Below, piece by piece: positions 11,816-24,907 of a stretch of DNA of 64,000 nt (positions are counted from its first letter, which is position 1; each line of letters opens with the position of its first letter). The DNA lies in contig JAWMAR010000054.1 in NCBI GenBank assembly GCA_036785375.1, forward strand, positions 9,796,001 through 9,860,000, given 5' to 3'. The notes beneath the pieces were generated by a model that was not told where the DNA came from, searched no databases, and worked only from the letters and a program-made list of their open reading frames with translations. Position numbers and translations under genes: made by a program. The stretch is from Leucoraja ocellata (lineage: Eukaryota).

Positions 11816-12745
11816 TACATCAGCTGTAAGCATTGATCAAAATACTAGAAAAGTATTGATCTTACTTGAAGCTTTCTTTCCATTGCTTAAATACCCAATG
11901 CCAACACATTCCCCTTGTTTGTATTGATGCTTATCTCAAGGAGAGGGGAGAAATGATGGAAAGAAAAGGTTGGTGAAAAGCGAAACTCACCGATTCCGCA
12001 AGTCATAAAATAGAAAGTGGGGAAGAAAAATTAAATGCTCAAGATTGAGCTGTGATTAAGTACTGGGGAATAAATGTCATGTTCATAAGGCAACATATCA
12101 GTTTCAAATGGCAAAACAAGTATATTTGGTAAAATTGGTTTTGCTTATGGAATATGTCAATGACTAACATTCAAATTTCTATGAAATCACAAGGAACAAA
12201 TAGAAATGTTGCTTTTAAAAGTAAAACCATGGGTCACTGTGAACTTTCTGTGAAGGTTGAGTCTTCTTTGGTTGTTGCTCTTAAATGTTACATCCATTAC
12301 TTTTGTCTGTAACCTCCAGAAGTTTCGAGATTCCAGAATAACTTATAATGATCAAGATAGAAATATTTGTATTTAAAAAAGAGCTCTAGGGGCCAATAAT
12401 AAATTGCAAATGGAATTCTAATGGGGACGGACGTGGCTGGCTGTGGGTGTACAAGGGAAATCTAGTTTTGAATAAATCCCAAAGCTCACTCGTTTTACTG
12501 GGCAATTCAGCTTGGGGAGCAACAATTACAACTATATTCCAAAAACAGAGCTGGTCAGATACATAATTACGCAGCAGCCTGGTTTTGCATTAAGAACATT
12601 TTTCAAATGGAAGCGATTGCTCAGTCTAACACTCATTGCTCATACTTAATCTCGCTTATGTAAATGGAGCAGCCCTTTTTGTAACACTGACATTCAGCTA
12701 AGGATCGAAACACTTGCAAATATCATTGTTGCACGAATACAACTA

Positions 12746-13502
12746 GCATTCATAGCAAAAGGATTTGAGTTTAGGAGCAGGGAGGTTCTACTGCAGTTGT
12801 ACAGGGTCTTGGTGAGACCACACCTGGAGTATTGCGTACAGTTTGCGTACAGTTGCGTACTAATCTGAGGAAAGACATTCTTGCCATAGAAGGAGTACAG
12901 AGAAGGTTCACCAGACTGATTCCTGGGATGGCAGGACTTTCATATGAAGAAAGACTGGATAGACTTGGCTTGTACTCGCTAGAATTTAGAAGATTGAGGG
13001 GGGATCTTATAGAAACTTACAAAATTCTCAAAAACCTATTTCCTTCGCTCCATAGATGCTGCTGCACCCGCTGAGTTTCTCCAGCATTTTTGTGTACCTT
13101 CGATTTTCCAGCATCTGCAGATCCTTCTTGAACAAAATTCTTAAGGGGTTGGACAGGCTAGATGGAGGAAGATTGTTCCCGATGTTGGGGAAGTCCAGAA
13201 CAAGGGGTCACAGTTTAAAGATAAGGGGGAAGTATTTTAGGACCGAGATGAGAAAAAAATGTTCACACAGAGAGTGGTGAATCTCTGGAATTCTCTGCCA
13301 CAGAAAGTAGTTGAGGCCACAGTTCATTGGCCATATTTAAGAGGGAGTTAGATGTGGCCCTTGTGGCTAAAGGGATCAGGGGGTATGGAGAGAAGGCAGG
13401 TACAGGATACTGAGTTGGATGATCAGCCATGATCATATTGAATGGCGGTGCAGGCTCGAAGGGTTGAATGGCCTACTCCTGCACCTATTTTCTATGTTTC
13501 TA
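12746..13502 (+). mobile_element. CR1 subfamily A interrupted by a PLE fragment at about 13035-13130
   Basis: ORF2 motifs; insert flanked by ACAAAATTCT duplication. Confidence 0.9.
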
Positions 13503-14377
13503 ACTATGTAAATGAAAGATGTAATGATAAAAAGAGCAGAGGAGATGTGCATTACATTGCTAACCGAGCTCGGTGAAACCTCATTCCATCAAAAACAGGC
13601 ACACAACACAGATTGGTCAGATCAATTACAGAATGGATTTGAAGGTTATTTGACTCCCAGAATTTCATTACAAGTTCTCTGGCACCAGTACAGAAGAACA
13701 TCCACAGAAATACTAGGTTACATGACATTAAGATCCGTATGACTCTGCTGTGCAACAAGGGAATTAGCAGCATTTCTAAACATAAAACAAGGCTTAAGAC
13801 TGTTTGGTGGAAATACTTGATGAAGCAAATGAAACGGAATCATATTATATAGCCTTGCATTAGGACAGCACTCAAATGCTGTTGTGCTCTTTAATATAAC
13901 ACAGCCTTGAGCATTAAAAAATAAAATGAAAGCCAAGGTAACAATTTCTGCAAGATCGAAGTGTGGTCAGAATGAAATAGTTCCAGCATGAACAGAGTTC
14001 TCTGAGACCGTTTTTTTTAATCAACTTATTTTCCTGTCAACCAAATGATTGATTTGGGAGAACTAACTTGAAATGAAAAACAGCATAATAAATTGTGGGT
14101 GAAGCTAGCTGGCAGCTCCTGCTTGTTTTCTTTCCATGACATACAGCATTGAAAATCCCTGGATCTGAACTATGTATATCCACGCTTCTCAACACACACA
14201 CACACACACAATCTCACAATTCCTAACCAGCCCTGCGTGTTTTTTCCCCCAAGGTTCTTACCTATTTATCAAACTCTTCCACAGCCTCCTCTGCCCTTTC
14301 AAACTCTAACCTTTGACACATACTCCACCCATCTGCCAATCAGACCCCCACTCACCTGTATCCATCTATCACTTACC

Positions 14378-14918
14378 AGGTAGACAAAAATGTTGGAGAA
14401 ACTCAGCGGGTGCAGCAGCATCTATGGAGCGAAGGAAAAAGGCAACGTTTTGGGCCGACACCCTTCTTCAGACTGATGGGGGGGGAGGGGAGAAGAAAGG
14501 AAAAAGGAGGAGGAGGAGCCCGAGGGCTGGGGAATGGGGAGGAGACAGCAAGGGCTAACAAAATTGGGAGAATTCAATCAGTCTGAAGTCTACATCAGTC
14601 TGAAGAAGGGTTTCGGCCCGAAACGTTACCTATCTCCTTCGCTCCATAGATGCTGCTGCACCCGCTGAGTTTCTCCAGCATTTTTGTGTACCCGGGAGAA
14701 TTCAATGTTCATGCCCCCAGGATGCAGACACCCCAAGCGGAATATGAGGTGCTGTTCCTCCAATTTCCAGTGTTGCTCGCTCTGGCCATGGAGGAGACCC
14801 AGGACAGAGAGGTCGGATACGGAATGGGAGGGGGGTTGAAGTGCTGAGCCACCGGGAGGTGCGGTTGGTTATTGCGGACCGAGCGGAGGAATCCAGCAAA
14901 ACGATCGCCCAAGCCTAC
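14378..14918 (-). mobile_element. Penelope-like element 3' part (GIY-YIG C-terminus plus pLTR) with nested opposite-strand pLTR at 14579-14693
   Basis: LGDRFAGFLRSVRNNQPHLPVAQHFN...LEEQHLIFRLG..MNIEFSQ; nested piece flanked by GGGAGAATTCAAT duplication. Confidence 0.82.
14600..14627 (+). ncRNA. Minimal type-I hammerhead ribozyme motif (PLE pLTR)
   Basis: CTGAAGA-A-GGG(TTTCGG)CCC-GAAA-CGTT; activity untested. Confidence 0.6.
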
Positions 14919-15363
14919 GGTTTGTCGCTTGCCAGGCTTTGTCCCACTGCACCTCTTCTGCACCCCACTACAATCAATCTGAAGAAGGGTCCCAATCTGA
15001 AGCATCACAAATCCATTATCTATCTCCACAGGTGCTGCCTGACCCACTGAGTTCTTACAGCAGTCTGTGCCTAGTTCAAGATTCCAATATCTGCAGTTCA
15101 TTGTGCCTCCTCAATATTCTGTGCTGTTCTAGTTCTGGCCTCTTACATATTTGGAATCTAGCTATTTAATACAGATAATTAAAGATGATGAAAAATACTG
15201 AATCAATATATGTGCTCATTAATAACTTTTCAGTTCAACGTTATCTAATTATATTTTTGGATGTTACAGTTGTTTTGAAACTCAGTCCAAATTGTATACT
15301 ACACAATTCTTGATTTGCTAGCAATAATTGAAACTGATTACTAAATGAACGATGAAATCATGA

Positions 15364-16525
15364 AACAATAGACAATAGGTGCAGGAGTAGGCCATTCGAC
15401 CCTTCGAGCCAGCACCGCCATTCAATGTGATCATGGCTGATCATCCCCAATCATGTTTTCAAGAAGGAACTGCAGATGCTGGAAGATCGAAGGTACACAA
15501 AATTGCTGGGGAAACTCAGCGGGTGCAGCAGCATCTATGGAGCGAAGGAAATAGGTGACGTTTCGGGCCGAAACCCCTTAAAGGAAATAGGTGACGTTTC
15601 GGACCGAAACCCTTTGGGTTTCGGCCCAAAACGTCGCCTATTTCCTTCGCTCCATAGATGCTGCTGCACCCGCTGATTTTCTCCAGCAATTTTGTGTACC
15701 ATCCCCAATCAGTACCCCGTTCCTGCCTTCTCCCCTATATAGAATAGAATAGAATAGTTTCTTTATTGTCATTGTAACATGAACCATGTACAACGAAATT
15801 TAAAAATGTCAGCCAGTCAGTGCACCATTCAAACATTTCTAAAAGCTAACGATACATACAAGATAAAATATTAAAAGATAAACAACTAAAATAAATATCA
15901 TGAAAATAGCACGCATAAACACCCAACCCTCCATCCTTCTGTCGATTTCACAGTGTACCACAGTCCCTTAGTATGTATCGCCCCTATGTTCCTTGGCGGC
16001 TACATTTAGTGCCTTTACAGCAGTGGGGTAAAAACTGTTTTTATGTCTGTTTGTCCTTGTCCCCTGACTCCGCTATCTTTAAGAGCCCCATCTAGCTCTC
16101 TCTTGAAAGCATCCAGAGAACCTGCCTCCACCGCCCTCTGAGGCAGAGAATTCCACAGACTCTCCACTCTCTGTGAGAAAAAGTGTTTCCTTGTCTCCAT
16201 TCTAAAAGGCTTACTCCTTATTCTTAAACTGTGGCCCCTGGTTCTGGACTCCCCCAACATCGGGAACATGTTTCCTGCCTCTAGCGTGTCCAAGCCCTTA
16301 ACAATCTTATATGTTTCAATGAGAATCCCTCTCATCCTTCTAAACTCCAGAGTGTACAAGCCCAGCTGCTCAATTCTCTCAGCATATGACAATCACGCCA
16401 TCCCGGGAATTAACCTTGTAAACCTACGCTGCACTCCGTCAATAGCAAGAATGTCCTTCCTCAAATTAGGGGACCAAAACTGCACACAATACTCCAGGTG
16501 TGGTCTCACTAGGGCTCTGTACAAA
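15364..16525 (-). mobile_element. CR1 subfamily B with PLE palindrome (15454-15699) and inserted Rex1-like 3' end (about 15740-16060)
   Basis: ORF2 motifs; CATCCCCAATCA duplication around the palindrome; (ATAGA)n tail of the second insert. Confidence 0.88.
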
Positions 16526-17759
16526 CTACACCGGTTTAATCCAATTAGCAGGAAATATCTTTAATCATCACTTAATTGAAAACTGGCCAAGAATTTAAAG
16601 ACAGGATTAGTAATTTAAAAAAAGATTGATTCCAAAAAGAAGAATTTTGTTGGAGGAACAACTTGATCAAAATCTTTGCAATGGCAATGGAAAGAGAAAA
16701 ACTAGTACCAATCAACCAAAGGTAGCACTTATAAGATCTGGACACTGTGAAAGTTAGGTCAAACTGCTAGCATGGAAAAGTAATCTTCAGATAATAGCCA
16801 CTAACGAGAGCAAAGTAGAAGGAATGGAAACACTCTAGGGTGACTTAATTAGAAGGAAGATTTAGTTCATTTCTAGAGGAAATTAATACCATGGTAGTGT
16901 CAAGTTAAATGTATAGTCATATCCACAAGTATAGTGTGCTGCACGTTCCAAATGCAGCAGCATCTCAGGCACTCAGACAAACAAAAACATATCAATTATT
17001 CCACAAGGCAGTGAAAAGAAAAGGGCTACATAAAAACCTATTGAAAAATACACAGTTAGACAAACAAGTCCGTGCAAAACAAGCAGGGACAACAGATGTA
17101 GATACTTGATGCCAATTGCAGTTCTACTTGGTGTGAACCAAAATAGTTTGATCTCAATCTCAAAGCCCCGGACTTTGCTCGATACATTGGTAGGATAGGC
17201 GTTGTGCATAGTTGGCTTTTGAGTCCATTTTAGCAATTCGACACAGATCAAATGTTGATCAAAGTCACTCTAAATCAAGCATGTTTGCCAGCTCCACGGC
17301 ATCAATTTGATATTCTATTTTTAAACGGGTAGTCTAACAAAAGGTACAGCTGCACTAAAGCAAGCAATGGTCTAAACAGGAAAGGAAAACCTTGGACCTA
17401 ATCCCATTCCTCAGTCTTGATGTTTTTTTTCCCATCAGATTATGCAGCACTGAGTAAGACCAGGAAACAAGAGTAAAAAAAAATAAAATATTTATACTCG
17501 AATTGGGCACCTCATCCCATTTTTAAAAGCTTCGCTTACAACAAAAGGATTCCCAATTCCTGAACACATTTAAAATTAAATAAAGGTTCTGTGTTGAAAC
17601 GTCTTGAATAGATTGGTACATAAACATTTCTTCCACCAAAGTTTCAGGAAAAATGGGCACATTCGGGGAGAAATTCACTTGAAAGTTCACAGCTTTCAAA
17701 TTTGTACCTCAAATATCGCCCAACATATGTATTTTTTCTATCTGATGTACAGTGAATAA

Positions 17760-18292
17760 ACCTAATTTGAGGAAGGACATTCTTGCCATTGAGGGAGTGC
17801 AGCGTAGGTTTACAAGGTTAATTCCCGGGATGGCGGGACTGTCATATGCTGAGAGAATGGAGCAGCTGGGCTTGTACACTCTGGAGTTTAGAAGGATGAG
17901 AGGATATCTCATTGAGACATATAAGATTGTTAAGGGCTTGGACACGCTAGAGGCAGGAAACATGTTCCCGATGTTGGGGGAGCCCAGAACCAAGGGCCAC
18001 AGTTTAAGAATAAGGAGTAAGCCATTTAGAACGGAGATGAGGAAGCACTTTTCTCACAGAGAGTGGTGAGTCTGTGGAATTTTCTGCCTCAGAGGGCGGT
18101 GGAGGTGGGTTCTCTGGATGATTTCAAGAGAGAGCTAGATAGGGCTCTTAAAAATAGTGGAGTCAGGGGATATGGGGAGAAGGCAGGAACGGGGTACTGA
18201 TTGGGGATGATCAGCCATGATCACATTGAATGGCGGTGCTGGCTCGAAGGGCCAAATGGCCTCTACTCCTGCACCTATTGTCTATTGTCTAT
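17760..18292 (+). mobile_element. CR1 LINE subfamily B
   Basis: ORF 17752-18069 and tail. Confidence 0.92.
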
Positions 18293-18793
18293 CAAAAAGC
18301 AACACTGCATAGATGTTGGAACAATGAAATAGGGTACATGGTAAGAAGCAACAAGTGTGTTGGTGGAGATTGAAATGAACCAGGCAGTAGGGGTGGTTTC
18401 AGTATACTCTGAAAGGTAGATGGGGAGATAATTCTAGTAGTAGGGATGGTAGTTCTATCAGGTGGGGGGAATTATCTCAGGATGACCCAAGGAATGTGGA
18501 TCTTGGGTGGGGTAGCAGAAGGTGAAAGGAAGAACAACTATCTCCTCACTCTGGGTATAAGAAGTAGGTCAGGACAAGGTTACAAAGTGGAACAGACATG
18601 TTTCGACCACGATTGGTTGTGGTGGAGAGAAGTTGGAAAAAGAGACAAGGGGGTAATGGGCAGGCACCCTTTCAAGTCAAGAGTCTTCTTCACACCCATA
18701 CCAATCCAAAGTGCCACTTGTCCATTCCCTCCACAAATGCTGCCTAACCCAGCGTGCTCCTCCAGTACTTTATGTTTTAAGTTATAGAAGTCG

Positions 18794-19008
18794 ACAATAG
18801 ACAATAGACAATAGGTGCAGGAGTAGAGGCCATTCGGCCCTTCGAGCCAGCACCGCCATCCAATGTGATCATGGCTGATCATCCCCAATCAGTACCCCGT
18901 TCCTGCCTTCTCCCAATATCCCCTGACTCCGCTAATTTTAAGAGCCTTATCTAGCTCTCTCTTGAAAGCATCCAGAGAACCTGCCTCCACCGCCCTCTGC
19001 GGCAGAGG
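18794..19008 (-). mobile_element. CR1 subfamily B 3' end
   Basis: (GACAATA)n tail and 3'UTR. Confidence 0.88.
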
Positions 19009-19609
19009 AGTGGTTATTCAATGTTGGAATGAGTTTGGTTGAATGAAGAAGGTGGTGATGCAGCACCAATCCTATCCTTGAGGATCTTAATCATTTCTTA
19101 TGGGTAATCACAGAGACTATTTATTCTCAGATAGCACGACTTAAGTACCCAACATCCGTATACAGCCTTCAAATTGGCAGCCTATTCCAACAATCAAGGT
19201 CATTTGTTCCTGTCATTGTGCCAATATTCACAACACCCACAGTCTATTGTAGGATTCTCAGGACAACAACCAGAAGAAGGAAAGCCAGCCAGTTAGTTTT
19301 CCCCTTGCTGTTTCAGAGATGCTACAGCACTAGCAAATTCACTACCCACTAAACAAATTAGGAATCTATTCTCAGATAAACCCATTAGATCATAAAGGGG
19401 TTCTTATCTGCCATGTTTTAGAAGTCCTTCTTGCATCGTATGAAGGGAACATTTTCAGCTATTATGCAATACTGCCAACATAATTCAAAATGCACCAGAT
19501 CCAGTAAATAGTTATTTTCCACGAGCTGTCCAATAAAGCATCTGTATTTGAGGTCCTGTGGTGATTTTTTTTTGTTATTTTATTCTAAATAACCCTCACC
19601 AATGAGTAC

Positions 19610-19930
19610 GAGAACTGGACTGGGGGGCGGCAGCTTCGACCACCGCGGGCCGCGCAGCTTGAACCGACCCCTTCGCGGAGCTCGGTTGAGCCGCGGGACT
19701 GACTTACCATCGCCCGGTGGGATAACAACATCGGAGGCCTGGATCGCCTCAGCGCAGAGGGAGAAGAAGGAGGGAAGAGACTTTAAGACTTTTGCCTCCA
19801 TCACAGTGAGGAGGTGCCTGGTGAACTCACTCTGGTGGATGTTAATTTGTGTGTTTTGTTATTTATTATTATATGTATGACTGCAAGGCAACGAAAATTT
19901 TGTTCTGACCGAAATAATCTAATCTAATCA
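19610..19930 (+). mobile_element. GC-rich non-coding retroposon, hairpin family
   Basis: Homologous to 9400-9795; stem-loop at 19797-19839; (TAATC)n tail. Confidence 0.65.
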
Positions 19931-19994
19931 AAAGCAGAAGGCTGATAATAGAAATCAGACAGAGTTAAAACAGTGAAGAGGAAAATATATCATA

Positions 19995-20058
19995 ACATTG
20001 CATTTCGTTGTCTCTGTACTGTACACTGACAATGACAATTAAAATTGAATCTGAATCT
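19995..20058 (+). mobile_element. Isolated LINE/SINE 3' tail (GAATCT)n
   Basis: CATTTCGTTGTC...GACAATGACAATTAAAATTGAATCTGAATCT; same tail at about 24922-24961. Confidence 0.6.
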
Positions 20059-20344
20059 AACAACTGCAGAATCTGAAAATGTATTTCTCCATTTTTTCTG
20101 ATTGGCATCATGAGAGAAAGACATGAGTATTGTAAATTGCTCCTTGCGCAGATCAGCAGTCAGAAAGGATGGGAAAGAATTGATAGGGGGAACATTTTGA
20201 GAGAAAATGAAGAAAATGAAAACTGGTTGCTGTTTTAGATTTCCTTCAGTTGCCCACTGAATGGCAGCTTTTCCATCAGAGCGAATCAAAAAACATTCAG
20301 CTCGAAAGGATGTCATCCTATTGAGGCAATTTGTGTTTTATATG

Positions 20345-20545
20345 GACGCAGAAATATATGGCACAGAAATAGGTCCTTTGGTTCACCACATCCATTCCAC
20401 CCATCACACACTCAGCTCCACCGCTCAAAATGTCCCCTATCAATTCTTTCCCATCTACGCAAGGAGCAATTTACAAAACCCAATTTGGCATGTGGGAAGA
20501 AACCAGACTACCTGGGGGAAATCCACATTGTCAAAGGGCAGGTGT
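20345..20545 (-). mobile_element. Degenerate V-SINE (HE1-like)
   Basis: TGTGGGAAGAAACCAGA..CCTGGGGGAAATCCAC, antisense V-domain. Confidence 0.5.
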
Positions 20546-20666
20546 GCAGCATTACCCTAGAACGTTCTTGTTTTAGAACTAGGTGATGGGTGTGGATCGT
20601 TCTGAATTAGGCACATTCACCTTCTTTTTGGTTTAGCTGCCCCTTCTTTGGATTTTTCACTTATTT

Positions 20667-21049
20667 CATAGAAACATAGAAATTAGGTGCAGGAGTAGGC
20701 CATTCGGCCCTTCGAGCCTGCACCGCCATTCAATATGATCATGGCTGATCATCCAACTCAGTATCCCGTACCTGCCTTCTCTCCATACCCCCTGATCCCC
20801 TTTAGCCACAAGGGCCACATCTAACTCCCTCTTAAATATAGCCAATGAACTGTGGCCTCGACTACCCTCTGCGGCAGAGAGTTCCAGAGATTCACCACTC
20901 TCTGTGTGAAAAAAGTTCTTCTCATCTCGGTTTTAAAAGATTTCCCCCTTATCCTTAAGCTGTGACCCCTTGTCCTGGACTTCCCCAACATCGGGAGCAA
21001 TCTTCCTGCATCTAGCCTGTCCAACCCCTTAAGAATTTTGTAAGTTTCT
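20667..21049 (-). mobile_element. CR1 LINE subfamily A
   Basis: ORF2 C-terminus and tail. Confidence 0.9.
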
Positions 21050-21325
21050 TTTCCTTTCCCTTCTTAAGGCCCTCTTTTCTTTGGGGCCTGTTTTCTTTTT
21101 TTTTTCCCCCATTCTCAAGCACGCAGTTTACTTAAACATCATCATTCATCTAACGCCAACTACTGCGGACCGCACTTCACTACTATCCACATTCTTCTCT
21201 TTTCTCTTTTTCTATTACAGCTTAAAGTTAAAAAAAAAAAGAAGTTGTATACAAAATGCATTATGTTGCATATCATGATTAAGATGTATGTACAATGCTT
21301 TTAATTTAAAAAAAAATTAAAAAAG
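21050..21325 (+). mobile_element. Probable L1-like 3'UTR remnant
   Basis: Pyrimidine-rich UTR ending in an A-rich tail, similar to 23440-23600(-) and about 26900-27060(+). Confidence 0.4.
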
Positions 21326-22240
21326 AAGGGAAGGTATACAATGTTTACGCAGAGAGCATTCAAAGTCAAGCCGGATCTATGAGGCATGAATGTATCAAAC
21401 TCCCTCAACTCTCCTTTCTCAAGTCTCACTCAGATGGATTTCTGGTTCCACTCCTAAGTTCTGTTGCAAACGTTGTGGTGCCATCAGCATACACTAAGGA
21501 AATTGTTGATCAATCATCCAATTTTAATTTTAACACATACAATTTGGGATAAAAACAAAAAAATGTACTCGGCAGGTCAGGAAGCATCAGTGGGAAGAGA
21601 AACAAAGTTAATGCTTGAAGTCAAAACCCTTTCATTGGTATTTTCCATTTTTTTAAATTTAAGATATCTAGCATTGGCAGTTTCCATTCTCACCCCCCCC
21701 CCCCCCCCCCCCCCCGGCACAGATTTTCCAAATTGTGGATTTTGATTTCCATCTGACCAAATATTCCACGGATTCGATCGAGATATTTATGGCAAGAACA
21801 CATACATGTCATTTAAGACCTGTTAAATCTTGAGATATTAATTTTAATTTTAGATTCTAGCAGAGTCGACCCAATAGTATATTTCTCTAATCTTTCTGGT
21901 CTATCTTAGGGAAGACGAGAAAAAGGCAGAAGGCAAGGAAAGAAAAGTAGAATCTCAACTTAACTGTGGTTTTGTGCAACTGGAATTAATTTATTGGCTG
22001 TGTACATTAAGAGGTACAGGTCACATTAGGGAACTAATTGGAAACAGCTAAAGCTTCCTCCTTTCGGATCAATATAATATGGAAAATTAATTTTAAACAC
22101 AAACTTTTATCAAGAAGTAAACGGCTACAATTATTAATTCAAATTAACTCTCTTCACAATATGGAGAGGATTGGGTTGCCCTGCTAAATTAAACTATTAA
22201 TTCAACATGAAGGTTTCAATGTCATACAGACTTGTGTACT

Positions 22241-22983
22241 CTTATAACCATATAACAATTACAGCATGGAAACAGGCCATCTTGGCCCTACAAGTCCGTG
22301 CCGAACACATTTTTTTTCCCCTTAGTCCCACCTGCCTGCACTCATACCATAACCCTCCATTCCCTTCTCATCCATATGCCTATCCAATTTATTTTTAAAT
22401 GATACCAATGAACCTGCCTCCACCACTTCCACTGGAAGCTCATTCCACACCGCTACCACTCTCTGAGTAAAGAAGTTCCCCCTCATGTTACCCCTAAACT
22501 TCTGTCCCTTAATTCTGAAGTCATGTCCTCTTGTTTGAATCTTCCCTATTCTCAAAGGGAAAAGCTTGTCCACATCAACTCTGTCTATCCCTCTCATCAT
22601 TTTAAAGACCTCTATCAAGTCCCCCCTTAACCTTCTGCGCTCCAGAAAATAAAGACCTAACTTATTCAACCTATCTCTGTAACTTAGTTGTTGAAACCCA
22701 GGCAACATTCTAGTAAATCTCCTCTGTACTCTCTCTATTTTGTTGACATCCTTCCTATAATTGGGCGACCAAAATTGTACACCATACTCCAGAATTGGTC
22801 TCACCAATGCCTTGTACAATTTTAACATTACATCCCAACTACTATACTCAATGCTCTGATTTATAAAGGCTAGCATACCAAAAGCTTTCTTAACCACCCT
22901 ATCTATATGAGATTCCACCTTCAAGGAACTATGCACGGTTATACTCAGATCCCTCTGTTCAACTGGATTCTTCAATTCCCTAC
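22241..22983 (-). mobile_element. CR1 LINE subfamily D
   Basis: Open frame 22322-22996 with LYKALVRPILEYGVQFWSP; tail. Confidence 0.93.
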
Positions 22984-23249
22984 TCTTAATGCTCACAAAG
23001 AATTATGTTATGTATAAAACCAGAATAGTCACTGAACGTCAGGGTTATTTTCCTGGTGTGTTATTGGTTTCAGTCCTAGGATGTTAAGAAAAAATACAAA
23101 GCAACTCTTTCCAGATAAATAGTTGGAGAATGTCTTCCTATTAGAAGTATCATACATCAGTGTAAATATTCATTTATTTTGATATACTTTATTGAAATTA
23201 TAGTCCAATATACCGTTTTGCAAGAGAAAAGATATATATATATATATAT

Positions 23250-23435
23250 TTGTTTGTACACATACACACACACACACACACCTTAGAAGGTACACAAAAA
23301 TGCTGGAGAAACTCGGCGGGTGCAGCAGCATCTATGGAGCGTAGGAAATAGGCAACGTTTCGGGCCGAAACCAAGGGTTTCGGCCCGAAACGTTGCCTAT
23401 TTCCTATTGCTGAGTTTTTCCCGCATCTTTGTACC
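23250..23435. repeat. Local copy of the 24876-25100 locus ((CA)n flank plus PLE palindrome)
   Basis: Shares the flank TTGTTTGTACACATAC(AC)nCTTAGAA and a private deletion (TTTCCTATTGCTGAG). Confidence 0.8.
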
Positions 23436-23439
23436 ATAT

Positions 23440-23990
23440 ATATATATTTTAAAAATAGTTTTATTAGAAGCAATGTACAGTAGTATACGCCGCAACATAT
23501 GACAAAATACATTTAATGTACCTTCCATTTTAATTGAACAAGAAAGAAATAGAAGAGAAAAAGAGTGAGAAAGAGAAAGAGAGAAAGAGAAAGAAATAGT
23601 GAATGTGTAAACTCCTAGACTACCAGATAGTGCAGTCCGTGTAAACCCCTAGACTACCAGATAGTGCAGTCCGGGAGTGAATGTGTAAAAGCCTATAGAA
23701 TCGTAAGAAGACAAAAAACAAAAAATAATAAAGAAAAATAAAAAAGGGACCTTTACATGTTGATATACCTGCTTCATTTCTCACCACAACCCATCACCCT
23801 GTCCGTGAATCGGTTTAATTCCAGAGTTGTGTTGCACCATATTATACTTGTAATGAATCAATGAAAGGAGACCATATCTTTAAAAATTGCTCTGTGATGC
23901 TCCTGCTAAGACGAGTCTCATATCTTCAAGATGTAGTGTCTCAGACATGCTTGTGATCCACATTTTAAGCCTTGGGGTGGATACATTTAT
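23440..23990 (-). mobile_element. L1/Tx1-clade LINE 3' end
   Basis: TPRLKMWITSMSETLHLEDMR...QFLKIWSPFI ORF2 C-terminus; UTR with AATAAA; two ~34-bp tandem units near 23606-23673. Confidence 0.72.
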
Positions 23991-24907
23991 CCAGCAAGAG
24001 AAAGGATATTAGTACAGGTCCACCGTCAATTTTTTGGCCCTTTTTCAATCCGGGCAAAATTACAAGAGCGCATTTGGAAATCCCCCCCCCCCCAGGAAGT
24101 CCCCCCGAAAAATGTAGCGCCCACGCGGGTGAGACGACCGATCTAGACTTCGCTGGGACTTCCGCGCCGATTGGCAGATCGAATTTGCACCCTGTGGCTG
24201 GGGCTCTGGAACTGCAGCCTGGCTGGGAGCCGCAGATCCGTTCCCACAGTCGACTTCCACGGTCAATCCGCTAGTTGAATTTGCTCCCTGCAGCCGAGGA
24301 GCTAGAACTCTGACCCAGCCGGTAACCAGGAGATCCCTTCGCTTAGCTGACTTTCGAGGCTGACTTTGCGGGCCAATATCTCTCTCGCTCGGCTCCCCCA
24401 CTGCCCAGACGTACTGTTGCGGTACCGTTGGACTCTTCTCGGAGACCATTGCCTCTCTCCGCCAGTCTGGCAAAAGAGATATAATCCAGAAAGGCTCTGG
24501 AACCAAGAACGCTGGTGGGCCTGTATATCATCGGCAACATGTGTCAGTGTAATTTAAGGCAGCTGTAAAAAGACCACCACATGTTTTTAGACAAGCTAAC
24601 AGAATAATTCTTACTTTTAAAACAACAGTCACATGCGGTGAACGAAACTGAGTAAGCAACAGAAGAACTGCCATCAAAAATAACTTCATCCAAGTATTAC
24701 AGAATGGGGTATAAAAGGCAAGGCCATCTGCACGGTCGGTGGATGATTGATGAAAGCAAACCATTCCACAGGTCGCGCTTTCAATCTTTCTGACTATTTA
24801 TTGAATGTCACACAAAGCAAGGCGAAAAGCTAAATCACATTATATTCCTTCAAATAAAATGCAAGGTGGATGTTTTTGTTTGTACACATACACACACACA
24901 CACCTTA

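Noticed and set aside
22322-22996. 224-aa ORF (and 32318-32947, 49508-50059) as functional genes
   Set aside because: These are 5'-truncated CR1 ORF2 ends with no complete endonuclease or RT domain.
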